DNA from: Hydrolagus affinis
Taxonomy: Eukaryota
Assembly: GCA_012026655.1 (NCBI GenBank)
Contig: JAAILG010001131.1
Coordinates: 1-64,000, forward strand
Direction: 5' to 3'
Length of the DNA: 64,000 nt
This document shows, piece by piece, positions 1 through 10,970 of this stretch; within the stretch, counting starts at the first letter, position 1, and each line of letters begins with the position of its first letter. The notes under the pieces were generated by a model. That model worked only from the letters and a program-made list of their open reading frames with translations. It did no database searches and was not told where the DNA came from. A program made the position numbers and the translations under genes.

Positions 1-1005
1 ACTCACATTGGAATATGTCCCATTGACTTAATTATTTATAACAAGAAAATAAATGATGGCTGATTTTAGCCGTGCTGCTGTGGTGGATCGAATCTTACAT
101 TTTAAATATAATTGAGCACTTGGCTCCACAGCTTGATTTGCTGAGAGCCTCAGGTGTCAGTTAGACTCGGTGGCTGTCCGCGTCTTGCTCGTATTGATTT
201 TGAGTTTGGTTTTTTGTTTGCCAGCTGAGTTATATGGACTTTCAACAGGATATGAAAGACCAGAGACTGACTCAGCCCCTAATGACCTTCTTCCTGTGCC
301 GTTAAGTGTTATATGATCCCAGATCTACCTGTTGTCGATCTGTGTAGAGGTACAGGAGTCATATTTTAATGATACAGTGAGATGAAAAGGTCACAGTGAT
401 GCCAATCTCAGCGCTGCTGGATTTCCTCCACAGGTTTACACTAAGGTCACGGACTGAAGATTTGGGTGTGGGTGGGTGGGGTGGTGGGGGGGATGTTAAA
501 TCCAATTTTGATTTGAAAGTCAGATTTCAGCAATTCTTTCAAAAAAGTAAATCGCAGACCAAAGAACATAGTGTTAACGAAGCTTATTCCCTCCCTCCCT
601 CCCTGCCATTCCCTTTCCCACCAACAGAGAGCGCAGTCAGGCAGGGATTGCACTTCTACGATGCCCTCCCTCCTTCCCTAACATCATAAACCGAGGGCCT
701 CAGTCCTGTAAATGGTTCAAACTCCAGAGGCAATCGATCCCCCCACGAAAAAAAATGAAGCAAGGGGTGAGTTTACTCCACAGTTGGCAACGGGGCCTTG
801 AACCTTAACAATTCACCTGTTCCTACCAGGTGAGCTAGGAGTCTGCTTTAAGTGATGGGAGAAGGCGGCAGCGATCAAGGCAGTGTTCCTAAGAATAAAC
901 CATGATCTCTCCCGAGCCATGGTTATGTGCTAATGTATGCGTGTCAGGGTGAAATGTGGGCCTGCACATTTGTCTTTAAAAATGGGTACTTTTGTCATGT
1001 ATTGC

Positions 1006-1335
1006 AGCTCCTGTAGCTCAGTGGTTAGAGCACTCGTAAGACCTGCGTTCAAATCCAGGCAGGTCAGGGCGAAATCTTGGGCAAGTTTCCCTTACTCCAC
1101 ACACACGCCTAATAATAATAATAATAATCCCTGCAAAAAGAATCACAATAATAAAAATGGGTCATTTCAATCCACAACTGTTTGTGGGGGACGCTGCCGT
1201 GCGCGATTGGCTGCCGCGTTTCGCCCACAAATATACAGTCAATTCACTTTACAGTATATTCTGTGAAGCGCTTGGAGACGCCGATAAGATGTGAAAAGCC
1301 GCTATATCAAAATGCAAGGATTATATTGTATTATT
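1006..1335 (+). mobile_element. tRNA-derived SINE (near full length)
   Basis: A-box TAGCTCAGTGG, B-box GTTCAAATCC, body shared with many copies, 3' tail ...gctatatcaaaatgcaaggattat. Confidence 0.9.
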
Positions 1336-1895
1336 TAAGTACCGAGGAGGGAAAAAAATACACAATGTGGTAACAAACTGCGTAGTAATAAGCCTTGCTG
1401 TGTGGGTGTGTGAATCCAGATTGCTTCTCGCTGATTCAAATAGAATCTGTGTGATCACACATCTGACTATAACCACTGCAGAGACCTCCCACTTAAGATG
1501 CTGTACAAAAGTAGAACAGAATTACATTTCACTCCGTTTATAGCATACAGTGTGACTCGAGCACGAAACACAAAACCTTTGATGCAATTCACAAATACAG
1601 GAGATATTTTACTGCCACATAAAATCCACAGATCCGTTAAACGTGGGTGTGGGGGTGGGGGGGGGGGGTGAGTAGGTATTTTTTTTGGGGGGGAAAAAGA
1701 ACTAATAAAATTCCAGCAACATTAAAAAGGATTGTTTCCCTCCCACCCACCGCACGCCAGCCGAACACCCCTGGAGTCGATACAGCTGGCAATGGCAGAT
1801 AGGTAGAGTATTGCGCTAGTGACTGCGTGCAATCGTAAAGGTAATCTTTGAAACTGATCTGCAGACCAGATCAACATATAAATATATATGTATAT

Positions 1896-2100
1896 ATAAT
1901 AATCCTTACATTTATATAGCGCTTTCCACATCTTATCGACGTCTCAAAGCGCTTCACAGAATACAACAATGGCTGAATACAACAACAAAATGACATTTCT
2001 AGAGCGCCTTTCACGTCAGGAGGACGTCCCAAGGCACTGAACAGTCAGGTTGGGACCCGAGCAGGTTGGGAGAGGGGCAGGGTAGGGGCGGGAGAGAGTT
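1896..2100 (-). mobile_element. SINE 3' tail plus adjacent L2 LINE 3' end fragment
   Basis: Reverse complement of the SINE tail (1896-1964), then a caacaacaaaatgacatttctagagcgcctttcacgtc... L2 tail. Confidence 0.8.
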
Positions 2101-3255
2101 AAAAGGGTAATAGAACATGGATCTCAACCGGTGGGTAGTGGAGTGGGAGGCAGGATTTGATTTCTGGCAAAATAGAGGGGAGTCTGGTCTGTGATTCTTT
2201 TTGCTCAATCACTTTTTTGATGGAAATAAAACATTGAGTATCTCCGAGCTACAGGGAGCTGTTGCAGTTCACTGTTCCGTTGCTTGTGTAATGTCTAGAG
2301 CGACTACAAGCTGGATATTGTCTTCAGGCCACTCAAAAGGCAATGGGCCAAAAGCTCAACCATACAACGTTGCTTTGTCACCGAAGCGATTCCAGAGTGG
2401 ATCCAGTTGCGGTGAATAGTTCAACCCCCCCTTTAAAGACCTTTCGTGGTTGAGGCGGGAGAAACAGCAGGAAAAACAGCTTAATCATCCATTCAACCCA
2501 CTGCTGTTTGTGGGGCTTGCTGTGCGCTTAACAGCTCTTCCCCCAAGCCCACTTAATAAGGCACATCACTTGTGAAGCACTTTGCGATGTTTCATTTTTT
2601 ATGTTTCTCATAAAATCTTTTGTGAATCGCAATCAATTACTGCAGCACACACACAAAGCAGCAATCCTGCTGCCATCTCTCCATCAGCAGAACGTACAGC
2701 CTTGCAAATAAGCAACTGAATATTCTCAGACACACATTCCCACCCCCCACCCCCACAAGGTAACCTTGATAATTCCAAACCGAACACAGAAACACGAGCA
2801 GCCCATCAGGCCTACTCCTTTCACAGAGCAGGGATCACATCCCCTATTATAGACTCCCAACCCACTCAAGTCTCCTGGGGGGTGGGGGGGAGAGAAGATT
2901 CTCTGTGATGAATGTTCCTATTGATAGGAATCCTGCAGACTTCGCTAATCATCATGAAAGGCAGGACGGATGTTTAAATTCAGGAATTTCCAGAACAGAA
3001 GGCATTCTTTTCATGAGAATGTGCCCCCTTTTTTATCGAGACATTCTCACTGCAAACACTTACTGATCTTGACAACACAACACATCCTTTTTGGCAGCCA
3101 AGTCATAAAAAAAACATTGACTTTACTGGGATTTATGCAAGAAAACTGACCCACTGAGCTCTCCGATGACCGGGTCTATTATGCAGGGATAGCCAGACAT
3201 AGATACTAGATTGCTTTATGGTAATCCTAAAGTCCCACGAAGGAAGCAACGACAT

Positions 3256-3592
3256 GGCTCCTGTGGCTCAGTGGTTAGAGCACTTGTCTTGCAAGCTGGG
3301 GAGACCAAGCTGGGGAGACCTGTGTTCGAATCCAGGCAGGTCAGGGCGAAACCTTGGGCAAGTTTCCTTACTCCACACACACACACGCCTAATAATAATC
3401 CCTACAAAAAAACCACAATAATAAAATTGGTCATTTCAATCCACGACTGTGTGTGGGACACTGCTGATTGCAATTGGCTGCCGCGATTCGCCCACAAATA
3501 TATAGTCTATTCACTTTACAGTATATTCTGTGAAGCGCTTTGGGACGTTGATAAAATGTGGAAAGCGCTATATCATATGCAAGGATTATTAT
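3256..3592 (+). mobile_element. tRNA-derived SINE (full length, head-duplication variant)
   Basis: A-box TGGCTCAGTGG, B-box GTTCGAATCC, internal duplication caagctggggagac x2, (tta)n tail. Confidence 0.92.
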
Positions 3593-3707
3593 GGTTGTTT
3601 GTGGGACACACTGCTGTGCAAATTGCATGCTGCATTGGCCTACAAAATAGCAACCACTCTACAGTAAATCTTATAAAAACCCTTTGAAATGCCATCTAGA
3701 CATGTAG

Positions 3708-4050
3708 TAATAATAATAATCCTTGCATTTGATATAGTGCTTTTTCACGTCTTCTAGACTGTGTATCAAAGCGCTTCACAGAATATACTGTAAAGTGAAT
3801 TGACTGTATATTTGTGGGTGAAACGTGGCAGAACAGTCGTGGATTGAAATCACCAATTTATTATTGTGGTTTTTTGAGGGTTCATTATTGTGATAATAAC
3901 AGCAACAAAATTGCACTTACAGAGAGAGCGCCTTTCACGTCGGGAGGACGTCCCAAAGCTCTGAACAATCAGGTCGGGACCTGAGCCAGGGAGGGGGGAA
4001 GGGGAGGGTCAGGGTAAGGAGAGTAAGAGGGGGGGGGGAAAGAGTTGGTG
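3708..4050 (-). mobile_element. SINE 3' half (3708-3892) plus L2 3' end (3896-4050)
   Basis: Reverse-complement matches to both families. Confidence 0.85.
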
Positions 4051-4371
4051 GGGCTCCATTCCGCAGTTAACAATCATCATTCAGCTGCTCCACGTCTCTC
4101 ACATATATCTATTCCAATCTGATCTCTCATTGCTGATCTCAGCTTCCCAACACACCATCCCTCACTGCTGCCTTCTGTCAGTGGTTACTATTTTGAAGTC
4201 TAACGTGGCAGGCAATTTGCACAGCAGCGTCCCCAAAACGCCTTGGGACGTCCTCCCGACGTGAAAGGCGCTCTATCAATGTCGTTTTGTTGTTGTTTGT
4301 TGCTGCTGTTTCTGTCCAAATTTTTCTTTTGAATTTTTCAAATATAAGCAACCGAGCTTCAAACCTCCAGA

Positions 4372-4460
4372 TTTTAGTAAACATATGGAACAGGCTCCTT
4401 CAGGGGACGGTGGCAGCAGAAAATGTTGAGTCATTCAAGAACAAATTACAAAGATTTCAG
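4372..4460 (+). mobile_element. CR1-type LINE ORF2 C-terminal remnant
   Basis: Translates LVNIWNRLLQGTVAAENVESFKNKL, resembling the CR1 ORF2 end motif (WNxLP..V.A.....FK..LD). Confidence 0.6.
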
Positions 4461-5298
4461 TTAGGAAACAACATCTGGGGTATACAGTATATATTTTGGG
4501 ACACATTACTGGCAAACTGGATGGATCTGGGTCTTGTTTCACCAGCAAATTCTTATTTACGTATTGCTCATGTCTTAGATCCTAAATAACTGGGTTGTGT
4601 TGCTTGTGCTAAAGGTCACTGCGTTGGGAAGCATAATTCGGGTCCCAATGACTGAAATTATTGCTTCTGCAGAATTTAGGCATTTTCATGTCGATGATCT
4701 AACTTGTCTTCTTGGGTAATTAAGGGATTAGAGCGACTTCTAGACATTAGAGGCTGCGGTATCCAGTATGGATTGATACCAGCCTGAAAGCAAGGCTTTT
4801 CAAGTGACTTAAATTAGCAAAGGATTATTTCAAAGGTTAGAAGAATGGGGTTGGAGGTTAAGGAGGTCAGAGGCTGACTCCCAGCTTTCTCCTGCTGTGA
4901 GAACTAATTCATTTGTAACCTGATTAAGACATGTACTTTGTTCCTTGGTCTTCAAGGGATTCACGTCATGTATCTTGGCTCAGTTTGTAATACCCTCTGT
5001 GAGTCATGGGGTTCAGTTCAGTCGAGCGCAGGATTGGGTAGCACTGAATTGTCAGGAGCTGCCAGCCTTTGGACGCAATTGTTAAGCTTAATTTTACCTG
5101 TTGTTCATTAAAGTCCCTTCAAAAAGGTGGGCATCAAAGTCCCTTCAAAAAGAGAAGGGTATTACATTTGTCTAAAAAAAATTGTCTAAAAACAATTTGC
5201 TTGACAGGAATTACTGTAGGGAAGTTACAATATATAAAGACATTATGAAAATCAACTTCTCCCTTTCCATATTACAGTAAGTCAATGACCACAGCACA

Positions 5299-5304
5299 TT
5301 TATT
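5299..5304 (-). terminator. Candidate polyadenylation signal AATAAA (distal)
   Basis: Plus-strand tttatt. The intervening 5.3-6.0 kb remains UTR-like and repeat-free. Confidence 0.4.
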
Positions 5305-6053
5305 TTTAATGGCTCCAGTTATTCACCGAAGGGTATGTTATACTGTAATTTTTTTTAAAAAAAATTCAGTCATTGGACAGTGTGTAGTGCAAGTTTGGAC
5401 AGTTGGTTGTAATTAGATCCGCTAAAAACAACTGCCCACATGGGATGGTTCAAATAACAAAACTTCACTACATCAGCCTATGTTAAAAATCTTGATATTT
5501 TTACCATCTGTCTTTCTTCGATAACATCACACCAGACTAAAAGGAAAGGGAGAGATAGAATAACGAGGAAAGAAAAAACACAATCGACCTGAACAAAGAG
5601 GATATTTTCCGTTTGCTCTTTCTTGGCTGTGCTTTTCTCCAATCTCTGCAATGCATTTAAAACGACTCTGCCCTTCCCTCAAAGCCACGGTGTTAGAATT
5701 AACCCATTTATTACTTCAACCACCCTGACAAAAGAGTTAGAAGAAGCATTTCCAGGCTGCCGATGTGCAAGGCAAAGTTGTGTCCTGACAACATGCTGTG
5801 AAGTGAATAGAGGAATCCTCCACATGTGCTGACACGGTGTCTTATCAAAGGCCAGCTGCCTTTCGCCCGTCAAACCTCACTCCCGTTAAGCAATGTTCGT
5901 AGCAGTACAGTGGTAAACACACAAACAAACAATGAACCAGTCAGCAGAAGATAGATAACGGCAACATCCTTGTAACCCGCTTGGAAAATGTGGGCTCTTA
6001 ACATGTTCGGTACAGAGAGAACACTGCTATATCTTCTATAATGTGCTAAGATT

Positions 6054-6059
6054 TTTATT
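6054..6059 (-). terminator. Candidate polyadenylation signal AATAAA (proximal)
   Basis: Plus-strand tttatt ~1.2 kb after the stop codon. Confidence 0.6.
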
Positions 6060-6610
6060 CTGTGTATCAAAATTATAAGTGCCTTCAACATTACCATGAA
6101 AGAATTGTTTTTTTGAGTTTTACAAATATTTACAGCACTGCGTAACACGGTTCAAGTCTGGGCTTTTTTTTTACACAAGTCAATCAGATCAGACCAAAGC
6201 ACAGAATTCCAAAAGTACTATGTACAAACGCCATTTTAAAAAGCACAAGGAGACTGCTTGCTGTCGGTAGGTAGTTACAGCCTTCACGGCTGGCTCAGAC
6301 AGCACCACCCCATTCTGTGGGAGCCCGGTCCCCGCGATGCCTGTCTCCTTGTGATATCGGTGGGTGGGTGGGGGCTCATTCACTCAGTACCAGTTTTTGC
6401 TTATTATTGGAGACTAGGGTTTGCCACATTGGCTTAAATCAAGACTAGAAACGCTCCAAACAACAGAAAGGATAAAAAAAAACAAAGAACAGACTGTGGA
6501 AAGAATTTATAAATTAATGAGACTGAACAGATGTCCTGACAAGCATAAAATACTCTCACATCTTGAAGGGCAGCGTTAAGGGAGCAGTGAAGCGCACTTA
6601 AGAATGAATG

Positions 6611-6729
6611 AAAGTACAAAGTCTGCATATGAAAATAAGTTTTCTCTGAAAATGCATTTTGGCACAGATAAAATTGTACGGTTTTTAATTTCGGTAAAGT
6701 TTGAATGCATGGTTTCCAAGGATTCTGCA
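6611..6729 (-). repeat. Duplicated ~120-nt element, copy A (3'UTR)
   Basis: Aligns end to end with 7460-7581. Confidence 0.85.
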
Positions 6730-7246
6730 TATCCCATCAGGTGTATTTCCCTTTTCTGTTTAAACTGTTCATCCCTCTTTCTCTCAGCAATCAGCTCATT
6801 TGATTTCTTCTCGAAGAAGGGGTGGGGGGGGGGAGGTGGGGGGGAGATTTACAAAAGGAAGAAAGAAGTTGATAATTACAACTGAAGGTGAGGGTGAAAG
6901 ATGCCTCCCTCGTGCCCTGCTGATACAGGTAGGGTTTTTCCAAGGTCCTGCCTTCAAGTCCATCAGTGAGGCTTCAGGACGCCACCATGATAAGTGTCCA
7001 TAGCAATCTACTGCCATACAGTCACCAAGTCACTAATATAGTGCAATGGTAATCCCAATTCACATAAACAGGAATCGCCAAGTGTGCAGGAGCCCAGAGA
7101 GGGGTTTCCGCTCTGCCACCAGAGCCCATCGGTTCACCCAGGGCTGGAAATATTGTAAACACGAAGTTGCCCATAGTCCATGTCGGGCGCTGCTTGGAAG
7201 AAGATTGGCAGTGTAACGGAGTCCAAAAAACAGACCAAACAAATGC

Positions 7247-7378
7247 TCACACTGAAGCAATGACGATCATCAGATGAGGGGAAATATTGGATATGCTGGC
7301 AAGCAAATCTGGAGCTAGGCGAGAGAGGTGACTCTCAGAGAATTCACAGGGCGGGAATATTTGGAGAACATAAGCAGG
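7247..7378 (-). CDS. SPEN: SPEN exon 15 (SPOC end, stop codon)
   Basis: Acceptor ctctctgcag|CCT. PAYVLQIFPPCEFSESHLSRLAPDLLASISNISPHLMIVIASV*, TGA at 7247-7249. Confidence 0.97.
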   Translation of the reverse strand, partial: PAYVLQIFPPCEFSESHLSRLAPDLLASISNISPHLMIVIASV

Positions 7379-7459
7379 CTGCAGAGAGAGAAAAAGGCAT
7401 AGACAGGTCAGTGTGTGATACCAAAACATCAGCCACCTCAACCCCCCCTCCATCTGCAC

Positions 7460-7581
7460 AAAGTACAAAAGTCTATATATGAAAATAAATATTCCTGGAA
7501 AATACATTTTGGTACAGATAAAATAGTACTTTAATATTTTTTTTAAGTGAAGTTTGACTGCAATATTTCAAGGATTCTGCA
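7460..7581 (-). repeat. Duplicated ~120-nt element, copy B (intron 14)
   Basis: Aligns end to end with 6611-6729. Confidence 0.85.
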
Positions 7582-8037
7582 GCAAAAGCTTGTTTGAGCA
7601 AAGCAAAATACTTCCATCTCCCAAAACATAAGGACCATGCTTAATGAACAAGCCAACAACATGAATACTTGGCTTCCAAATTAAGATTGCACTTAATCAT
7701 TTTCCAAAATGAAACCTGTTTTTAATTGTGAGACTAAGGTCGGGTGGAAATTCAGGTCTCTGTTGTGGAAATCATTATTTTGTTTTCACTCCTCAACAGA
7801 AAAAAGTTACATCTTTTACACTGCTTGGCAACTTTCCACAGTGCCCCCTCATCCACTTGGGGATAAAGGGCGTTTCCATCTGCTAAAGTACAGCTATTTC
7901 TACATGACAGACAGCATTGAAGACATATGCAGGCAGAGCCGGGATTCATTGCTCAATCCTGGGTGGATCATGCCACTCTTGCCTTTGCCTACGATGGGCA
8001 ATGAAAACAGCTGCTGGATTGCTTCTGGTCACTATAC

Positions 8038-8196
8038 CTGATTGGAGCCAGGGTTTGGAACATTGATGATCCCAGCAGCTTGTTTGAGCTGTAGGTAGCT
8101 GATAAAACCAGCCTTCAGTGACTCCGTCTGACTCACAACATCCTCCTGATCACGACCACACGGTAACGCCAACAACAAGCAGTAATCAGTCTCCAC
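8038..8196 (-). CDS. SPEN: SPEN exon 14 (SPOC)
   Basis: Acceptor ctttgtag|GTG, donor TCAG|gtatag, 159 nt. VETDYCLLLALPCGRDQEDVVSQTESLKAGFISYLQLKQAAGIINVPNPGSNQ (not in the ORF track). Confidence 0.96.
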
Positions 8197-8413
8197 CTAC
8201 AAAGCACACGTTTATTTCAGTTACAATCCTTAGGACTAAACAAAAAACACCACTGTTTATAACTAAGATGCAATTTAAAGCATCGACATACATGTGTGTC
8301 TGAGCTGCATTGAAAACATTTAAAACTAAATTCCCCCCTTCAAAACAATCATTGTGAAGATCGGGACAGCGGAATCAATGCTCCACGCTGGGTTCAAAAA
8401 AAAAACATCATAC

Positions 8414-8608
8414 CGTCATTCTGCGCGCCACCCCCTCTAGCTGTGTCGCCTCCAACCGCATGCGTTGAGCAATTCGGAGAGGAGGTCCGCCCTCGGGCGC
8501 TGGCAGTGACCGATGGGCTAACACGTTATTGCCAGACACAAAATGTAGCTGTACAGCTGCCGTGTCGTTCTTCAGTGCCAGCAGGCCTTGCCACACAATC
8601 GGATATTT
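8414..8608 (-). CDS. SPEN: SPEN exon 13 (SPOC)
   Basis: Acceptor catttcag|AAA, donor GACG|gtatga, 195 nt. KYPIVWQGLLALKNDTAAVQLHFVSGNNVLAHRSLP...LRIAQRMRLEATQLEGVARRMT. Confidence 0.97.
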
Positions 8609-8730
8609 CTGAAATGACAGGCGCTTACGATTAACACAGGAACCACTGCAAATATACACGTCCGACATTGAACACTGCCATGGGTATAGGACTAGCCCTA
8701 TATATATTTTAAGAAGCCTTGTGTTAACAT

Positions 8731-9029
8731 CTCAGCTCAGTGGTTAGAACACTCACCTTACAGGCGTGACACCTGTGTTCAAATCCAGGCAGATCAGGGC
8801 GAAACTTTGGGCAAGTTTCCTTACTCCACACGCCTAATAATAATCCGTCCCAAAATAAACACAATAATAAAATTTGTCGTTTTCAATCCACGACTGTTTG
8901 TGGGGACGCTGCTGTGCGCAATTCATCCACAAATATGTACAGTCAATTCACATTACAGTATATTCTGTGAAGCACTTTGAGATGTTAATAAGATGTGAAA
9001 AGCGCTATTTCAAATGCAAGGATTATTAT
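8731..9029 (+). mobile_element. tRNA-derived SINE (intron 12)
   Basis: A/B boxes, shared body and tail. Confidence 0.9.
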
Positions 9030-9487
9030 CGGTCTAGAGTTCAACTCCCTATTGTTAGATCTGATTTGGGGTATTGCTGCTTTGAAAAAACCACCCACAT
9101 TCTCGGACAACTTAATGTGGGTCACATCAAAACCTGGAAATGAAATTTGCTCTTAAGAGGTGGTTTCCACAACTGATGCCTTAGTTTGTGATTTCTGGAG
9201 GGGGGTGGGGTTCTGAAATTGTACGGTTCAGTTTAAACTTCTTAAACGTTCTAGGTTATTTCCAGCTCATGAGATGAGAGCGGTAATGGCGACACTGAAC
9301 AAACAAAGTCTTCAGACTTTGTAAGTGGGGATAACCTGATCATTTACATAAAAAGCTGAATCTTCTGGTTGTGAATCTATAGCTTCAGAGCCGGCATTTT
9401 GTACTCAGTGACCAAAGACTGTAAAATAATTTTAACAAATACAAAATATTTTAACAAATAAAATAAGACTGAGTAATAATTTTAACA

Positions 9488-9664
9488 AATAATAATTTGG
9501 TCACTCTATTCATGACTGTTTGTGGGATCCTGCTGTGCACAAATGGCTGCCAAGTTTCGCCCACAAATATGCAGTTAATTCACTTTACACAGTATATTCT
9601 GTGAAGCGCTTTGAGACGTCTAGAAGACGTGCAAAGCGGGATATCAAATGCAAGGATTATTATT
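9488..9664 (+). mobile_element. 5'-truncated SINE (intron 12)
   Basis: 3' half of the same family, ending ggattattatt. Confidence 0.85.
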
Positions 9665-9731
9665 CATTTTGATTTTATGTAGGCTGACAAATGGAAGTTT
9701 TTTAAGCTGAAACTATACATTTAATAGTTAC

Positions 9732-10154
9732 CGTTAAGAGCTGTACCATGTCCATGGGTCTTTGTGAGCTGGCAGGTTGCTGTGGCTCCTGCTTCGTCAG
9801 GCTCTGGGGATCTGTCCTACACATCACAGATGTTGTTGTGCCTGCTCCCGGTGTTGAGGATGGTGTTGAAATAAAAGATGGCTGTTTTGGGGTGATGGGC
9901 TGGTGGGAGGACGACAATTCATGTTTGGTTGACACGCCAGTTGGAGAAGGATAGGAAGTAGGGTTGACCTCTGGCTGTACCCTCTCTCGCTGCAGATGTG
10001 ATAGATGAGGAGACTGTAACTCCACCTGTGAGGATAGTCTGTTCATAGGTACATGATGAGAATGCTCGGAGGCCGCAGACGCCTTTAACTCCTGTGGTAT
10101 CTGTGGAGTTTTGCTCCTCTGGCTGGGATGTGTATGCTCCCCTTCTGAAATGCC
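9732..10154 (-). CDS. SPEN: SPEN exon 12 (ends at SPOC start)
   Basis: Acceptor tttttgtatag|GGC, donor AACG|gtaact, 423 nt. Ends QRPMDMVQLLT. Confidence 0.93.
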
Positions 10155-10379
10155 CTATACAAAAAGAAAAGTTTCCGGTTGAATATTTTTCAATCTATCT
10201 CCAGATCATTAGTTCTGATTATATACAAAGGCTGACAATGAACTGCAATTTTACAAATTACTTTGAAATTGGAACGATGTGAAGTTTGATGGGTTACATA
10301 TTGCTCACAAACTACTACATTTATAATTCTAAACTGTAACAGAAGTTCTTGAAGCTTTGGAATAATGATTGCAAAGGAT

Positions 10380-10655
10380 CCCTCCCTTCGCTCAGAAGCT
10401 CCAACCTACTTAATGCCCCACCATTGGAGGGATGGGCTTCCAGCAATACCGGTCACCGTTTTCTGGAACTCCACTCCGAGTACCTCGACTCACTCCCTCC
10501 CACCCCTTGTTCAAGACCATTCAAAAAACATCTCTTTTGGTCATCTTCCCCATCCCCAAACCTCCTGCGCTCCCACTTCCATCTGGAAGTGCCATCCAGC
10601 AATTCAACACATTCCTTTCAATGTGAAAGGTACGAAAGAAATGTAAGTTAAGCTG
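10380..10655 (+). mobile_element. Decayed L2 LINE 3' fragment (intron 11)
   Basis: Frame-broken LRS..L..P / FWNS / FK..K motifs typical of the L2 ORF2 end, with a gtgaaagg...gaaatgtaagtt tail. Confidence 0.55.
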
Positions 10656-10970
10656 CAACTTTTTCCACAGATTGTTGAATCCAGAACAAGAGAATCAAAA
10701 TTTTAAATAGTCACAAAATTAATTAAAGAGATTAGCAAATAGTTCTTTGCAAAACAGGAGACTTGGATTGTGGAAATCTTTCTCACAAATCTCTGTTGAA
10801 GCAGAAATACATTCTTTGTAAACGAGAATTGGTCAGATTCTTGAAAAGAAAGAATATTAAAGTAACCTCGGTACCTCACCAGTGTCGGGGTAGATTATGG
10901 GCTCACGTCACCAGTGAAACTTCTGATTGTATTTGAATGAAGAATTAAGACAACAAATAACTGTATTTAC

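Larger units (their letters stand above)
6035..7246 (-). other. SPEN: SPEN 3'UTR to the proximal candidate poly(A) site (end approximate)
   Basis: Follows the stop codon, U-rich on the minus strand, no obvious SINEs, AATAAA at 6054-6059. Confidence 0.65.

Noticed and set aside
937-1266. Recurrent similar ORFs (937, 3211, 46057)
   Set aside because: Chance frames through SINE copies.
3256-3335. tRNA-like sequences at SINE heads (also 1006, 8731, 36047, 39100, 46041)
   Set aside because: No intact cloverleaf or acceptor stem, and each continues into the SINE body, so they are not tRNA genes.
5109-5195. Short direct duplications (aaagtcccttcaaaaag x2, ttgtctaaaaa x2)
   Set aside because: Ordinary slippage or duplication, with no enclosed element.
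6611-6729. Duplicated element as an H/ACA snoRNA
   Set aside because: The ANANNA-like box is on the strand antisense to the host, there is no terminal ACA, and one copy is exonic.
10908-10970. ORF-track C-terminus VNTVICCLNSSFKYNQKFHW and GTG start at 19460
   Set aside because: Read-through past the exon 11 donor; the true exon limits are 20046 and 10971.
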